Origin: a virus
Strand: one strand, 5' to 3'
Length of the DNA stretch: 64,000 bases
Virus record (IMG/VR): IMGVR_UViG_3300027963_000039
Shown: positions 46,856 to 56,343 of the stretch, in pieces
Numbering within the stretch: position 1 is the first letter of the stretch
How the letters are laid out: each line of letters begins with the position of its first letter
Position numbers and translations under genes: made by a program
Notes under the pieces: model-generated
Database searches by the model: none
Told to the model about the DNA's origin: nothing
The model's input: the letters and a program-made list of their open reading frames with translations, nothing else

Positions 46856-47242
46856 ATGATTGTTTATGGACACATTCAAAAATCCAAAAAACGTAAAGTT
46901 CCAAAAGCTGTTAAAAAACAGCATGATGAGTGGTTGGCTTCTGTTATGAACATGTCTACCAACTTTTCAAAAACTAAGCCTAAAGCAAATTCTAAAGTAA
47001 TTCCTTCACCTAGTACGTTTGTACGCCGTGAAACGCCTCATTATCCGTCTTTGGATACAGGATACACAGGAACACTAACGAAAGTTGGAATTATGAAGGA
47101 TTATCACAAAATGTCAAAGGAAGAAAGAGCGAAAATTGATGAAATTAACGCTTGTGTAGCGCCTTTACATAAAAGTAATTATGTTTATGTTTCTCCTGGT
47201 ATGAATCCTGCCGGTTTTGGCAGAAAAAATGAAATTCTTTGA
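46856..47242 (+). CDS. Hypothetical early protein
   Basis: GGAG RBS after promoter; APLHKSNYV motif. Confidence 0.7.
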   Translation: MIVYGHIQKSKKRKVPKAVKKQHDEWLASVMNMSTNFSKTKPKANSKVIPSPSTFVRRETPHYPSLDTGYTGTLTKVGIMKDYHKMSKEERAKIDEINACVAPLHKSNYVYVSPGMNPAGFGRKNEIL

Positions 47243-47257
47243 AAGGAATATTTAAAA

Positions 47258-47446
47258 ATGTACGCTCCGCACGAAGAAACGCAAATTCTACGTGGTATTG
47301 ATGAAATTATGTTCAATTTACGTCATGTTCCAGTTGATGATGTTGCTCATTTCCTAGTAAAATTTAACCCCGAGCTTGCCAGTGAGTTGGCAAATTCAAT
47401 TTCTTTTCATTTTTTCGATAAAACAGAAGGTCAAACACATGAATAA
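47258..47446 (+). CDS. Hypothetical protein
   Basis: AAGGA RBS, packed. Confidence 0.6.
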   Translation: MYAPHEETQILRGIDEIMFNLRHVPVDDVAHFLVKFNPELASELANSISFHFFDKTEGQTHE

Positions 47447-47617
47447 TCAACAAACTAACACAAAAGTAGAAAAATACAATCTTTGGTTGAATGCCAAATC
47501 TGACGATGGTGAGATTCCTGATTGGAAACGCCTAGATATCGTTATGAGACAATGGGCAGTCATGTCACAATTTGAAAGTGATCAGTCCGAATACTTAAAA
47601 ATGAAAGAACTGTACCA

Positions 47618-47812
47618 ATGACAGAACAAATTTTCTATTCAAAAATAGAAGATGCTGATGACGGAAGCGGAGACGGCATTTTAACGATACCTCCAGAAAT
47701 TTTAGAATTTTATGGATGGAAAGAAGGCACAAAACTGGATATTTCCGTTATGGAAAATGGCAGCATTTTAATTAAAGAAGTTCGGGATGTTGTAGAAAAA
47801 CAACAGCCTTAA
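47618..47812 (+). CDS. AbrB/MazE-like small DNA-binding protein
   Basis: GILTIPPEIL...GWKEG..LDI...NGSILIK. Confidence 0.65.
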   Translation: MTEQIFYSKIEDADDGSGDGILTIPPEILEFYGWKEGTKLDISVMENGSILIKEVRDVVEKQQP

Positions 47813-47850
47813 AAAAAACACTTGACCTTGATCTGGAACTATGAGATAAT
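47788..47850 (+). promoter_or_regulatory. TGTTG-N8-CAACA operator + sigma70 promoter
   Basis: Palindrome 47788-47805; TTGACC(47822)-17-GATAAT. Confidence 0.78.
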
Positions 47851-47873
47851 ACTTGTATTACCTCGGAGAAAAC

Positions 47874-49988
47874 ATGGAAATTATTCAATCTAAATCGCTT
47901 CTTGCAAAATTAATGGCAACCGAAAATCTGGTTGTAGAACAAAGAAAAGTAAATACAGCTTCATTTGATGTTGTAAAGCGTGTTTTGACTGTTCCGATCT
48001 TAGATAAAAATATTTCTGGTTATTTGTATGACCTATTCATGGGTCACGAAGTTGGCCACGCCCTAGAAACTCCTGCCGAAGGCATGAAAAGGGCTTGGGA
48101 AATGAAAATCCCAATGTCAATTATGAACGTTCTAGAAGATGTTCGTATTGAGAGGAAAATCAAAAACAAATATCCTGGACTCCGACTATCGTTTGTCAAA
48201 GGTTATCGTGAATTGATTGAAAAAGATTTCTTTGGTACAAAAGATATCGACTTAAATGATCTGAATTTCCTTGACCGCATAAACCTCTACACTAAAGGTG
48301 GTGCTGCACAAGGTATTAAATTCAACGAAGAAGAAAAAGTTCTTCTTGAAAAAATCGAGTCAACAGAAACATATGATGATGTGATCGATTTGGCTAAAGA
48401 AATCATGGAATACATGAAGAAAGAAAAAGAAGAAAAAAAGAAAAACACTTCTAATGATCCAGATGAAGATTATGATGAAATAGATGATGGTGATGATGAC
48501 TGGTCGCCACAGGATTCCGATACTGATATGTTTGATGATTTAGATGAAATGGACGAAACCGAAGATGATAGCAATCATCCAGATGAGGCTAAAGAATCTA
48601 AACAAAAAGATCAGGAAAAATCTCAAAACGATGATTATGTATCACATACTGATGAATCTTATCGTAAAAACGAAACCAAATTATTTGCTAGTGATCCTGT
48701 AAATTATTATTACGGAAATATTCCAGATATGGATCTGGATAAATTGATCATTAATCATAAAACTATTTGGAAAAAATATCGTTTGTGGGTTGAAGGACAA
48801 GAACTTGACCACAGAGGCATAGATACAAAAGAATTTTTAAAAATTCGTAATGATGCAAAAAAAGTTGTTGGTTATTTGGCCAAAGAATTTGAATTACGTA
48901 AAAATGCCGAACAACTAAAACGTGCTTCAGAATCCAAAACCGGTGAGTTGAACATGAATAAAATCTATTCATATAAATTTGCTGAAGATATCTTTAAAAA
49001 GATGACGATTGTTCCTGATGGTAAATCACACGGATTGATTATGTTCCTTGATTGGTCTGGTTCCATGCACGACCATATGGGAAACACAATTAAACAATTA
49101 ATCAATTTGGTTATGTTCTGTAAGAAAGTAAATATTCCTTTCGAAGTATATGCTTTTAGTTCAGACTATGACCGTGTGTACCGACCAAATGAAGTTGCTG
49201 GCGACTTACAAGTTTGTCCTTTTAATTTGATGAATCTTTTTTCAAGTAAAATGAGTGCTTCAGAATTCACTTATGCTGGTTCAGCATTGGTTCGGATGTT
49301 TATATCTCACCGAGGTTACAGACCATTTTGGTTAAATTTGGGTGGAACTCCATTGACCGAAGCAATCATTGCCGCTTTGAAGGTTGTTCCTGCTTTTCAG
49401 AAACAATACAAATTGCAGATTGTAAACACAGTTTTCTTAACTGATGGTGATGGCCATTCGGTGTCACAAGTTTATGTAAAACATCCAAATGATCCAAGCC
49501 GGATGATGGCGGTATGGGGTGATGAATATTCGGAAGTTACAAGTATCTATAGAAGTAGTACCAAAAAATTAGTTATTGTTGATCCTGTAACTAAGCAACA
49601 AGAATTCTGTACACATGACACGGGACGGCCTTTAACATCGCACTATATCAAAATGTTAAAAGCCAGAACAGGATGTAATGTTGTTGGATTCTATATCATG
49701 TCCGGTCGTGAATTTGGTAGAGAATCTAGACACTTTTTTCCAAACGTTTTTGATGTGTCTAGGTTAAAACAAACATTTCGAAAAGAAAAGTGTATGGTAG
49801 TTACTTCTGCTGGATATGATGAATACTATTTGCTCCGTGCAGAAGGCCTAGATACAGAAGATGAGGTTACGTTTGAAGTGAAAGAAAACGCAACGACTAG
49901 AGGTCTTGTGTCCGCTTTCAGTAAATATACGGAAGGACGTTTGGCCAATCGTACAGTTTTGAATAGATTTATAGGAATGATAGCATGA
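47874..49988 (+). CDS. HEXXH metallopeptidase-like + acidic linker + VWA (MIDAS) protein (CobT-like partner of MoxR/CobS ATPase)
   Basis: HEVGHAL, NVLEDVRIE, LDWSGSM, GGTPL, FLTDGD. Confidence 0.85.
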   Translation: MEIIQSKSLLAKLMATENLVVEQRKVNTASFDVVKRVLTVPILDKNISGYLYDLFMGHEVGHALETPAEGMKRAWEMKIPMSIMNVLEDVRIERKIKNKYPGLRLSFVKGYRELIEKDFFGTKDIDLNDLNFLDRINLYTKGGAAQGIKFNEEEKVLLEKIESTETYDDVIDLAKEIMEYMKKEKEEKKKNTSNDPDEDYDEIDDGDDDWSPQDSDTDMFDDLDEMDETEDDSNHPDEAKESKQKDQEKSQNDDYVSHTDESYRKNETKLFASDPVNYYYGNIPDMDLDKLIINHKTIWKKYRLWVEGQELDHRGIDTKEFLKIRNDAKKVVGYLAKEFELRKNAEQLKRASESKTGELNMNKIYSYKFAEDIFKKMTIVPDGKSHGLIMFLDWSGSMHDHMGNTIKQLINLVMFCKKVNIPFEVYAFSSDYDRVYRPNEVAGDLQVCPFNLMNLFSSKMSASEFTYAGSALVRMFISHRGYRPFWLNLGGTPLTEAIIAALKVVPAFQKQYKLQIVNTVFLTDGDGHSVSQVYVKHPNDPSRMMAVWGDEYSEVTSIYRSSTKKLVIVDPVTKQQEFCTHDTGRPLTSHYIKMLKARTGCNVVGFYIMSGREFGRESRHFFPNVFDVSRLKQTFRKEKCMVVTSAGYDEYYLLRAEGLDTEDEVTFEVKENATTRGLVSAFSKYTEGRLANRTVLNRFIGMIA

Positions 49989-50664
49989 AAGAACTTGCAA
50001 CTTTTTTTGGTAAAGGTGGAGAAACCGTAGCTTTTCTTTTTGAAGGTGACAATATTTGGAAAGTAAATTATGGTGGGATCAGATCCACACCTCATTTACC
50101 AGGAAATATTTTATCCACTAAAACTTTTGCAACAGAACAAGAAGCAACAGAATTTATTTCTGATTTTATAAACGGAGAATAAAATGGAAATTTCGAAATT
50201 TATGAACGGCGATAAAGAAGCCGTTGTGATGCGTGATTTTAATATCATGCGAGAAAATTATACATATACTGTTCATTACTATCTAGATAAAAAATTGTTG
50301 AGTAAAGAGTCCGTATTAGTATATGAAGATGCTGCTGTCTTAGCGGAGAAATATATTTTTGAAGGCAAAGATTCTGGTCCAACTTTACTGATGGAAAATG
50401 TCTGATACATTTGACGAATTTTTAGATCCCAAAAAGATTTTCGATAACTTAATGAAAAGTTGTCGTGAACTTAAATTTTGGAATATAAGATGCATCGTTG
50501 ATGAAGCCTATTGTGTTGCTTTAGGAGAACTTCCTTTTAAAGTTATCATTATAGATGGAATTTACTACTGTACGGTTATTTCAGAAAAGAGAACCGAAGC
50601 AATGAAAAAGATTTGTGATCATTTACCCGTTATTAAATTTTTAGACAATGAACAAGAAGATTAA
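49985..50664 (+). CDS. Three small hypothetical ORFs (49985-50182, 50184-50405, 50398-50664)
   Basis: Overlapping or adjacent start/stop codons with RBSs; no recognisable motifs. Confidence 0.55.
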
Positions 50665-51037
50665 TGAAATCCTTTTGATTACTCAAGAGGAATGTGTAGA
50701 AGTTACACAAGCCATCAGTAAAGTTTTTAGGTTTGGCATGGACGATTCACACAAAGGTGAAACGAACCGTGAACGCCTAGAAGAAGAAGTTGGTGACTTA
50801 ATGTGTATGATTGACCTTTTGATAGAATCTGGCATCGTTAGTGAGTCTGCTGTAATGGCTGCCAAGGACGAAAAAATGATGAAATTGAAAACATGGTCAA
50901 ACATCTTTAAAGAAGAAGGTGAACAAGTTGTTGTTCCTAGGTGTTCAACTTATCCAGCCTGTTTACTTAAAGGTGTAGAAGGACGACTTACCATAATCAA
51001 CAGACCGGAGATTCCATATCCAAATGACGAATTCTGA
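50648..51037 (+). CDS. MazG-like NTP pyrophosphohydrolase
   Basis: QEECVEV..AISK...LEEEVGDL. Confidence 0.8.
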   Translation: MNKKINEILLITQEECVEVTQAISKVFRFGMDDSHKGETNRERLEEEVGDLMCMIDLLIESGIVSESAVMAAKDEKMMKLKTWSNIFKEEGEQVVVPRCSTYPACLLKGVEGRLTIINRPEIPYPNDEF

Positions 51038-51043
51038 AAAGCT

Positions 51044-51631
51044 ATGATTAACCATTATTTTCCTACAGCAGTATTTTCCGAAATAAACTTACCCTTGGCT
51101 GAGGCTATGTTGCCGGTTGCACGAAAATATTTGGATGATAAAGAATATGTTGGTAACCGATGGAATTACAAGAATACTTATGAGTATGGAATTAAAATGG
51201 CTGGACAACCAGACATACAACCATATAATCATTATATAACCGAGAAAAGTAAACAATTTTTACGTGTTATAGGATATGATCCAAATCATCTTGAGTTTGT
51301 TAGCCAGATTTTTGTAAGTGAGATGTTCAAAGGTGATCACCATGGAAGACACACTCATGCTAATTCTGTTATATCCGGAATTTTATATTTACAAGTACCC
51401 GAAAATTCAGCGCCTATTATATTTTTAGATCCTAGACCACATAGAGATTTTTTAAACTTACCTAAACTTTCATATAATACTCCGGAAAATAGAGACAGTA
51501 TAATGATTCATACTCGCAAAGGATTATTTCTATGTTGGGAATCTTGGTTACCCCATATTGTACCGAAATCTATGAATGAAAATGAAGGAAGAATTACGAT
51601 GGTTTTTAATTTAATTGAGAAAAGAAAATGA
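51044..51631 (+). CDS. 2OG-Fe(II) oxygenase (TIGR02466-like)
   Basis: FPT, HTH...SGILYL, F.DPRP, SWLPH.V, RITMVFN. Confidence 0.82.
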   Translation: MINHYFPTAVFSEINLPLAEAMLPVARKYLDDKEYVGNRWNYKNTYEYGIKMAGQPDIQPYNHYITEKSKQFLRVIGYDPNHLEFVSQIFVSEMFKGDHHGRHTHANSVISGILYLQVPENSAPIIFLDPRPHRDFLNLPKLSYNTPENRDSIMIHTRKGLFLCWESWLPHIVPKSMNENEGRITMVFNLIEKRK

Positions 51632-52200
51632 ACGAACACATAGATAAAATTAATGAAATGTTGCCAAAGCTTGGCAAGAGAGTGCCATCATTTGTAATGA
51701 TGTTGCAACACATCGGTCAAATTGACAATCCTTTGATTGTTGAAACTGGTTGTGCCAGAATGGAGAACAACTTTGAAGGTGATGGTATGTCATCACTCAT
51801 CTTTAATGAATTTTCAAAGATCAAAGGTGAGTTCTGGTCCGTTGACATCAATCCAGACAATATTGAATTTGCTAAGAAGTACTGTGATAACTCAAACCTG
51901 GTTTGTTCCGATTCTGTGGCCTTTCTACACCAGAAGAACAAAGAATGGACAGAAACAGGACGAAAGATTGATTTGTTGTATCTAGATTCTTATGACTTTG
52001 ATATGAACGATCCACATCCTTCTTCACTACACCATATCCTAGAATTGACTGCCATCATGCCATCGCTCCGAGAAGGCACCATGATTTGTGTTGATGACAA
52101 CTTTGGTGATATCGGTAAAGGTGGTTATGTACACCAATTTATGCTTGCTCTAGGCAAAGAACGTGTGTATAATGGATATCAATGGGTGTGGGTTCTATGA
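51628..52200 (+). CDS. SAM-dependent methyltransferase
   Basis: IVETG, SVDI, SDSVAFL, IDLLYLDS, ICVDD. Confidence 0.8.
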   Translation: MNEHIDKINEMLPKLGKRVPSFVMMLQHIGQIDNPLIVETGCARMENNFEGDGMSSLIFNEFSKIKGEFWSVDINPDNIEFAKKYCDNSNLVCSDSVAFLHQKNKEWTETGRKIDLLYLDSYDFDMNDPHPSSLHHILELTAIMPSLREGTMICVDDNFGDIGKGGYVHQFMLALGKERVYNGYQWVWVL

Positions 52201-53452
52201 AGCTGATAATCGATGAAAAGAAAGGTTCATATTACTATGTGGACGAACTTGATGAATCGATTAGGTTGTCACCAAGATTTGACTATCTTGAGGACGCCGA
52301 GCAATGGAAATCCCGTATGACCTATATTATGAACAAACTACTTGATGAGGACAAATATCATGAACAACCAAAACCAAATCTCTAATATTATTGAAGTACT
52401 AGAGAACGAACGAAACGTACTACTTACCGAGTTCTACAGACCCGAAACAGAAGGCACCGGTCATTTCAACACCGCAGCCTCGGTTCTCGAAATGCGTATC
52501 AACGAATACAAAACTAAAGCTTCCTTTTCTTCTCAGTTAAGCTAAGGCGTTTTCAGCGATTTCCGGCGCTTCCTAACACACCATGGATACTTCAAACATA
52601 CTCAACGAATCCAGTATATTTCCGGTTTGGCCAGAGCAATCAAGAGCTGATCCAAAGCAAATCGAAATAGAATTCTTTTGGCCTCTAACCGAGCAATTTA
52701 AATTGGATTTAGACTTCACGCCTTGCGAGAAACCTAAGACTTATTATTATGGTGTCGGTTCCAGCGGATCGGTAACATACACACCTAATGCCTTACACAC
52801 AACCAATTTCACAAATCTCACAAATACGGTAGAGTTGAACTTAAACTTAGACCGTACAAATATTGTGATTTCAGGAAAGCCACCCCTGATTCGTAGGTGG
52901 TTATACAAACTCTTAGGGTTTAAAATTAAGAATGGGAATTAAAATAATGGATATGGACTCAGCAGCATACTTTCTATCTGGTGCAATTTTGACCATGTTA
53001 GGCTTTATCATCGTTGCAATGGGTATCGTTGCAATCAATAACATCTTTGCACACTACTGGCAACCAGTAAAGTTCTTTCTGTATAACAATTACAATCCAA
53101 CGTTTGTTACAGAAGAAGAATTGACAAAGACTATCGAACCTACTATGGAACCTGCAAAGACCACTAAAAGTAATACCACCAAGTAATTACTGTAGATAGT
53201 ACTGTATATGGAATATCAGAGCACTCGAACGATACTCTCTAAGGTTACAACATGAGCTACGTTATATTCAAACACAACACAGAATATACTGCACGTAAGG
53301 GTCTAGAAGGACCCTTTCACTATCCTAACGGACAGGTTCTCTACTACGACCCTGTTGCCGGTGAGTATTGGGATCCACGCACAGACTTCTATGTGCCTAG
53401 TGAAGATGTTCATCGCCTTCAGAATTCGATCTTTGGTACCATCAAAGACTGA
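52197..53452 (+). CDS. Five small hypothetical ORFs (about 52197-52385, 52360-52545, 52583-52942, 52947-53186, 53252-53452)
   Basis: Contiguous + strand ORFs; one has a TM segment; last contains LYYDP..GEYWDP. Confidence 0.55.
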
Positions 53453-53658
53453 GATACGTTCCATATACAGAAAAAGTCTTTCCCACTAAAACCGGTCCAG
53501 AAAAAAAATCTAGGACCTCGAAAAGCAAAAATTCGAAATCCTCTGGTGGGGCTGGAAAAATAAATTTTGCGCTTAATCAGTTTGGGCCACCATAGCTTTT
53601 TTTAATATACACTGCTCGGCTCATAAATTTCCCCTATCCCTCAGAGCAGCTCCCCAGC

Positions 53659-53818
53659 AATACTTGACCAATCCGGTCAAGCATTATCCCCAATAAAATC
53701 AACAGCTTACCGGCGCCAAACCTAACGCTTGCCACTTTCGCCAAAAAGTGTATAATTGGCAACATGAAAACAAAAAACGGTGCAAAATTTACAAAGCTGA
53801 CCGGATTGGTCAAGTATT
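53659..53818. repeat. Perfect 21-bp inverted repeats flanking an IHF-like site and a promoter
   Basis: AATACTTGACCAATCCGGTCA (53659-79) / TGACCGGATTGGTCAAGTATT (53798-818); AATCAACAGCTTA at 53697-709; TTGCCA(53729)-16-TATAAT. Confidence 0.8.
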
Positions 53819-53900
53819 ATTTTAATGCTTGCCATTTCCACCAGCTCCTGTATCCTTGCACCATTGTTTGAAATTTGAACGTCATTTTATAGGAGATTAT

Positions 53901-54281
53901 ATGACAACCAACTACACCTTCCCTTGCGGTTCCGTTAACGGACTCACCCTTAGCCAAAAGCGTGAAGCACTTGCTGCTTTACGTGCTTCCATTAAAGCTG
54001 ACCGTGAGCTACGTGCTGCTCACCGTACAGCTACTAGAATTGCTAAGGTTGCAGCTGCTAATGCTAAAGCCGATGCTCTTGCTCAGAAGCGTGCTGCTGC
54101 TATTGCTAAAGCTCAGGCTCGCTTGCAGAAGCTGCTGGATAAGCAGAGCGCTCCAGTAGGTGCTAAAGCTGTTAAAGCTGCACGTAAACCTGGTCCCGTC
54201 ACCGTGACCAAATTCCAGTCCGAAGCTCGTGCTGCTAACGATATCGCTGCAGCACTGGTTGCAAAGCGTAAAAGCGCTTAA
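53901..54281 (+). CDS. Ala/Lys/Arg-rich basic (histone-like) early protein
   Basis: AGGAG RBS; strong GCT/CGT/AAA codon bias; promoter TTGCCA(53829)-16-TATCCT. Confidence 0.75.
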   Translation: MTTNYTFPCGSVNGLTLSQKREALAALRASIKADRELRAAHRTATRIAKVAAANAKADALAQKRAAAIAKAQARLQKLLDKQSAPVGAKAVKAARKPGPVTVTKFQSEARAANDIAAALVAKRKSA

Positions 54282-54292
54282 GCTCCCAAAGG

Positions 54293-54354
54293 TTGACCAA
54301 AACGGTCAACCATTTTATATGATGCTTGCCACTTTGTCAGGTTTCATATAAAAT
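54293..54354 (+). promoter_or_regulatory. TTGACC-N5-GGTCAA operator + sigma70 promoter
   Basis: Palindrome 54293-54309; TTGCCA(54326)-17-TAAAAT. Confidence 0.78.
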
Positions 54355-54667
54355 GGTTGTTTTGAAAGGTTGAAAATGGTAGTTTATAAATTGATTAAAA
54401 TTGAAGCAGGTCTTCCTGAGCGTTCCGTTGAATTGACGGATGGTGAATTGGATGCCATTTATGAGGCGATGGATGATTATCGCCATTATGAAGGTGAGCA
54501 GGAAGATACTGCTTTGGCAATTCAGGATAAAATCTCCGAATTGTTTGCTCTGTAATTGTGAAAGGATATAGAATGTTAAGTAAATTTGAGAGTATTGTTT
54601 TTCCTATAGTGTATGTTATAGCTCTGGTTGTGATTGTGCTTGATTTGATGGTCTGGAGGCCTTACTA

Positions 54668-55417
54668 ATGAAATTGCTATCTACAGGTAACCCGAAAGTG
54701 CTCAAAGGCCTTTCACAAGGTTATAACACTTATATTCTACACTTGGCACCTGCTAATATTTCAGGTTACGAGGTTTGCCCAAAACGCACCAAAGGTTGCA
54801 CCGATGCTTGCTTGAATTTAGCTGGTCGAGGTGGAATGTTTAAGCGTGGCGAGGTTACCAATGTAATTCAAGAAGCACGTAAGCGTAAAACCAAAATGTT
54901 TTTCGAAAATCGTGCCGAATTCATGAGGTTGCTAGTTGCTGATATTGAGTTAGGTATTAAGCAAAGCAAGAGGTTAGGTCTTACGCCAGTTTTTCGCCTG
55001 AACGGTACTAGCGATTTGTCATGGGAAAAATATTCTGTGGTTCGCAAAGGTCAGGTTTTCTCCAATATTTTCGAAGCTTTCTCTGAGGTACAATTTTATG
55101 ACTATACTAAAATTCTTGGTCGCCGTGTTACTAGTATTGATAATTATTCACTTACTTTTTCCGCTGCTGATGGTAATGAGCTTGATGTTTATCGTGCTAT
55201 TAGCCAAGGTTATAATGTTGCCGTTGTTTTTGGTATAAAGAAAACTGAACCGATGCCAGAATCCTATATCGGTCGCCCCGTGTTTAACGGTGATGAATCA
55301 GATTTGAGGTTCTTGGATCCAAAAGGTGTAGTTGTCGGGTTGTATGCTAAAGGTAAAGCTAAAAAAGATACCACTGGCTTTGTGAAATATCCTAATATTA
55401 TGTTAAAGGTTGCTTAA
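54668..55417 (+). CDS. Gp88-like phage protein
   Basis: LAPA..SG.EVCP...C...CL, RLNGTSD, QFYDYTK, GDESDLRFLD. Confidence 0.75.
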   Translation: MKLLSTGNPKVLKGLSQGYNTYILHLAPANISGYEVCPKRTKGCTDACLNLAGRGGMFKRGEVTNVIQEARKRKTKMFFENRAEFMRLLVADIELGIKQSKRLGLTPVFRLNGTSDLSWEKYSVVRKGQVFSNIFEAFSEVQFYDYTKILGRRVTSIDNYSLTFSAADGNELDVYRAISQGYNVAVVFGIKKTEPMPESYIGRPVFNGDESDLRFLDPKGVVVGLYAKGKAKKDTTGFVKYPNIMLKVA

Positions 55418-55492
55418 GATGGATATACTATCTAAAATGTTGCTTTGTATTGTTGTGATTGCTTTTTTGATGGTCACATAATATTAAGTTGA

Positions 55493-55555
55493 TGTTGCGT
55501 AAAAACAACATCATTCTAAAGGTTGCTTGCCATTTTGTCGAGTCTCCTTTAGAAT
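55493..55555 (+). promoter_or_regulatory. TGTTG-N8-CAACA operator + sigma70 promoter
   Basis: Palindrome 55493-55510; TTGCCA(55527)-17-TAGAAT. Confidence 0.78.
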
Positions 55556-55581
55556 GGTAGTTTAAATTGTGAAAGGTAATT

Positions 55582-56057
55582 ATGACAGAATTTGAAAAGC
55601 GTTGTTATGGTATGACCGAACAGGAAATACGTGAAGAATATATGCAAAGTATCACCGCAAAATTCTCAGGTCTCGAAATGGTCGTGATGGGTATTTTGTC
55701 AGATTGTCAACACCTGATGGAATTAGGTGATAATCGTGAAATGATCCGTAAAAATCTGAATGTCGCCAAGTTTATTCTAGGTGAGATGATGGAAGAAAAA
55801 CGTGAGGTAGAAATTTGATAGTATTCAATGATAGTTTCAGTAAGTATTCTAAAAGAGGTGCAACAGCTATCTTTACTAGAATACCAATAAGCGAGTTAGA
55901 ATGCTTTAAGAAATGGATAGGAGTGAGAGGTGTCGTTAAGATAAGGTACAGAGGTCCAAGATTCAATGTGCCGTCCGCTAGAAGTCGCTCAGGTCTCTCA
56001 AAGCAATCAACGTGCTTAAAACAGGATGCGACACACTTCTCAGTTTATCGGATATAG
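55582..56057 (+). CDS. Two small hypothetical ORFs (55582-55818, 55815-56057)
   Basis: RBSs, coupled stop/start. Confidence 0.55.
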
Positions 56058-56160
56058 CTTTGAGGTTGCTCTGGAATGACTAGGAGAAGGTAGGAAAACG
56101 TTTTTGGATCGCATCCACAAACTAAGAGCCGCTAAGCAGCACCAGATTGCGACAGGTTTG

Positions 56161-56333
56161 CGACACTTTTTTGCACTTTTTGACACTTTTTGACACTTGA
56201 TGAGGTAACTGATTATATACTGAAGCACATTTAACTAAATTCGGGTTTCATCCGTGAGATTACTTTAGGTAATACTATATTAAGTGTGTTTCAGTATATT
56301 TGTGGAGATAGTATATTCAGTATATTTGTGGAG
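56161..56333. repeat. Short tandem/direct repeats in non-coding gap
   Basis: Four ~10-bp units of (T/C)GACACTTTT type at 56161-56198; TTCAGTATATTTGTGGAG twice (56290-307, 56316-333). Confidence 0.75.
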
Positions 56334-56343
56334 GTATTATATT

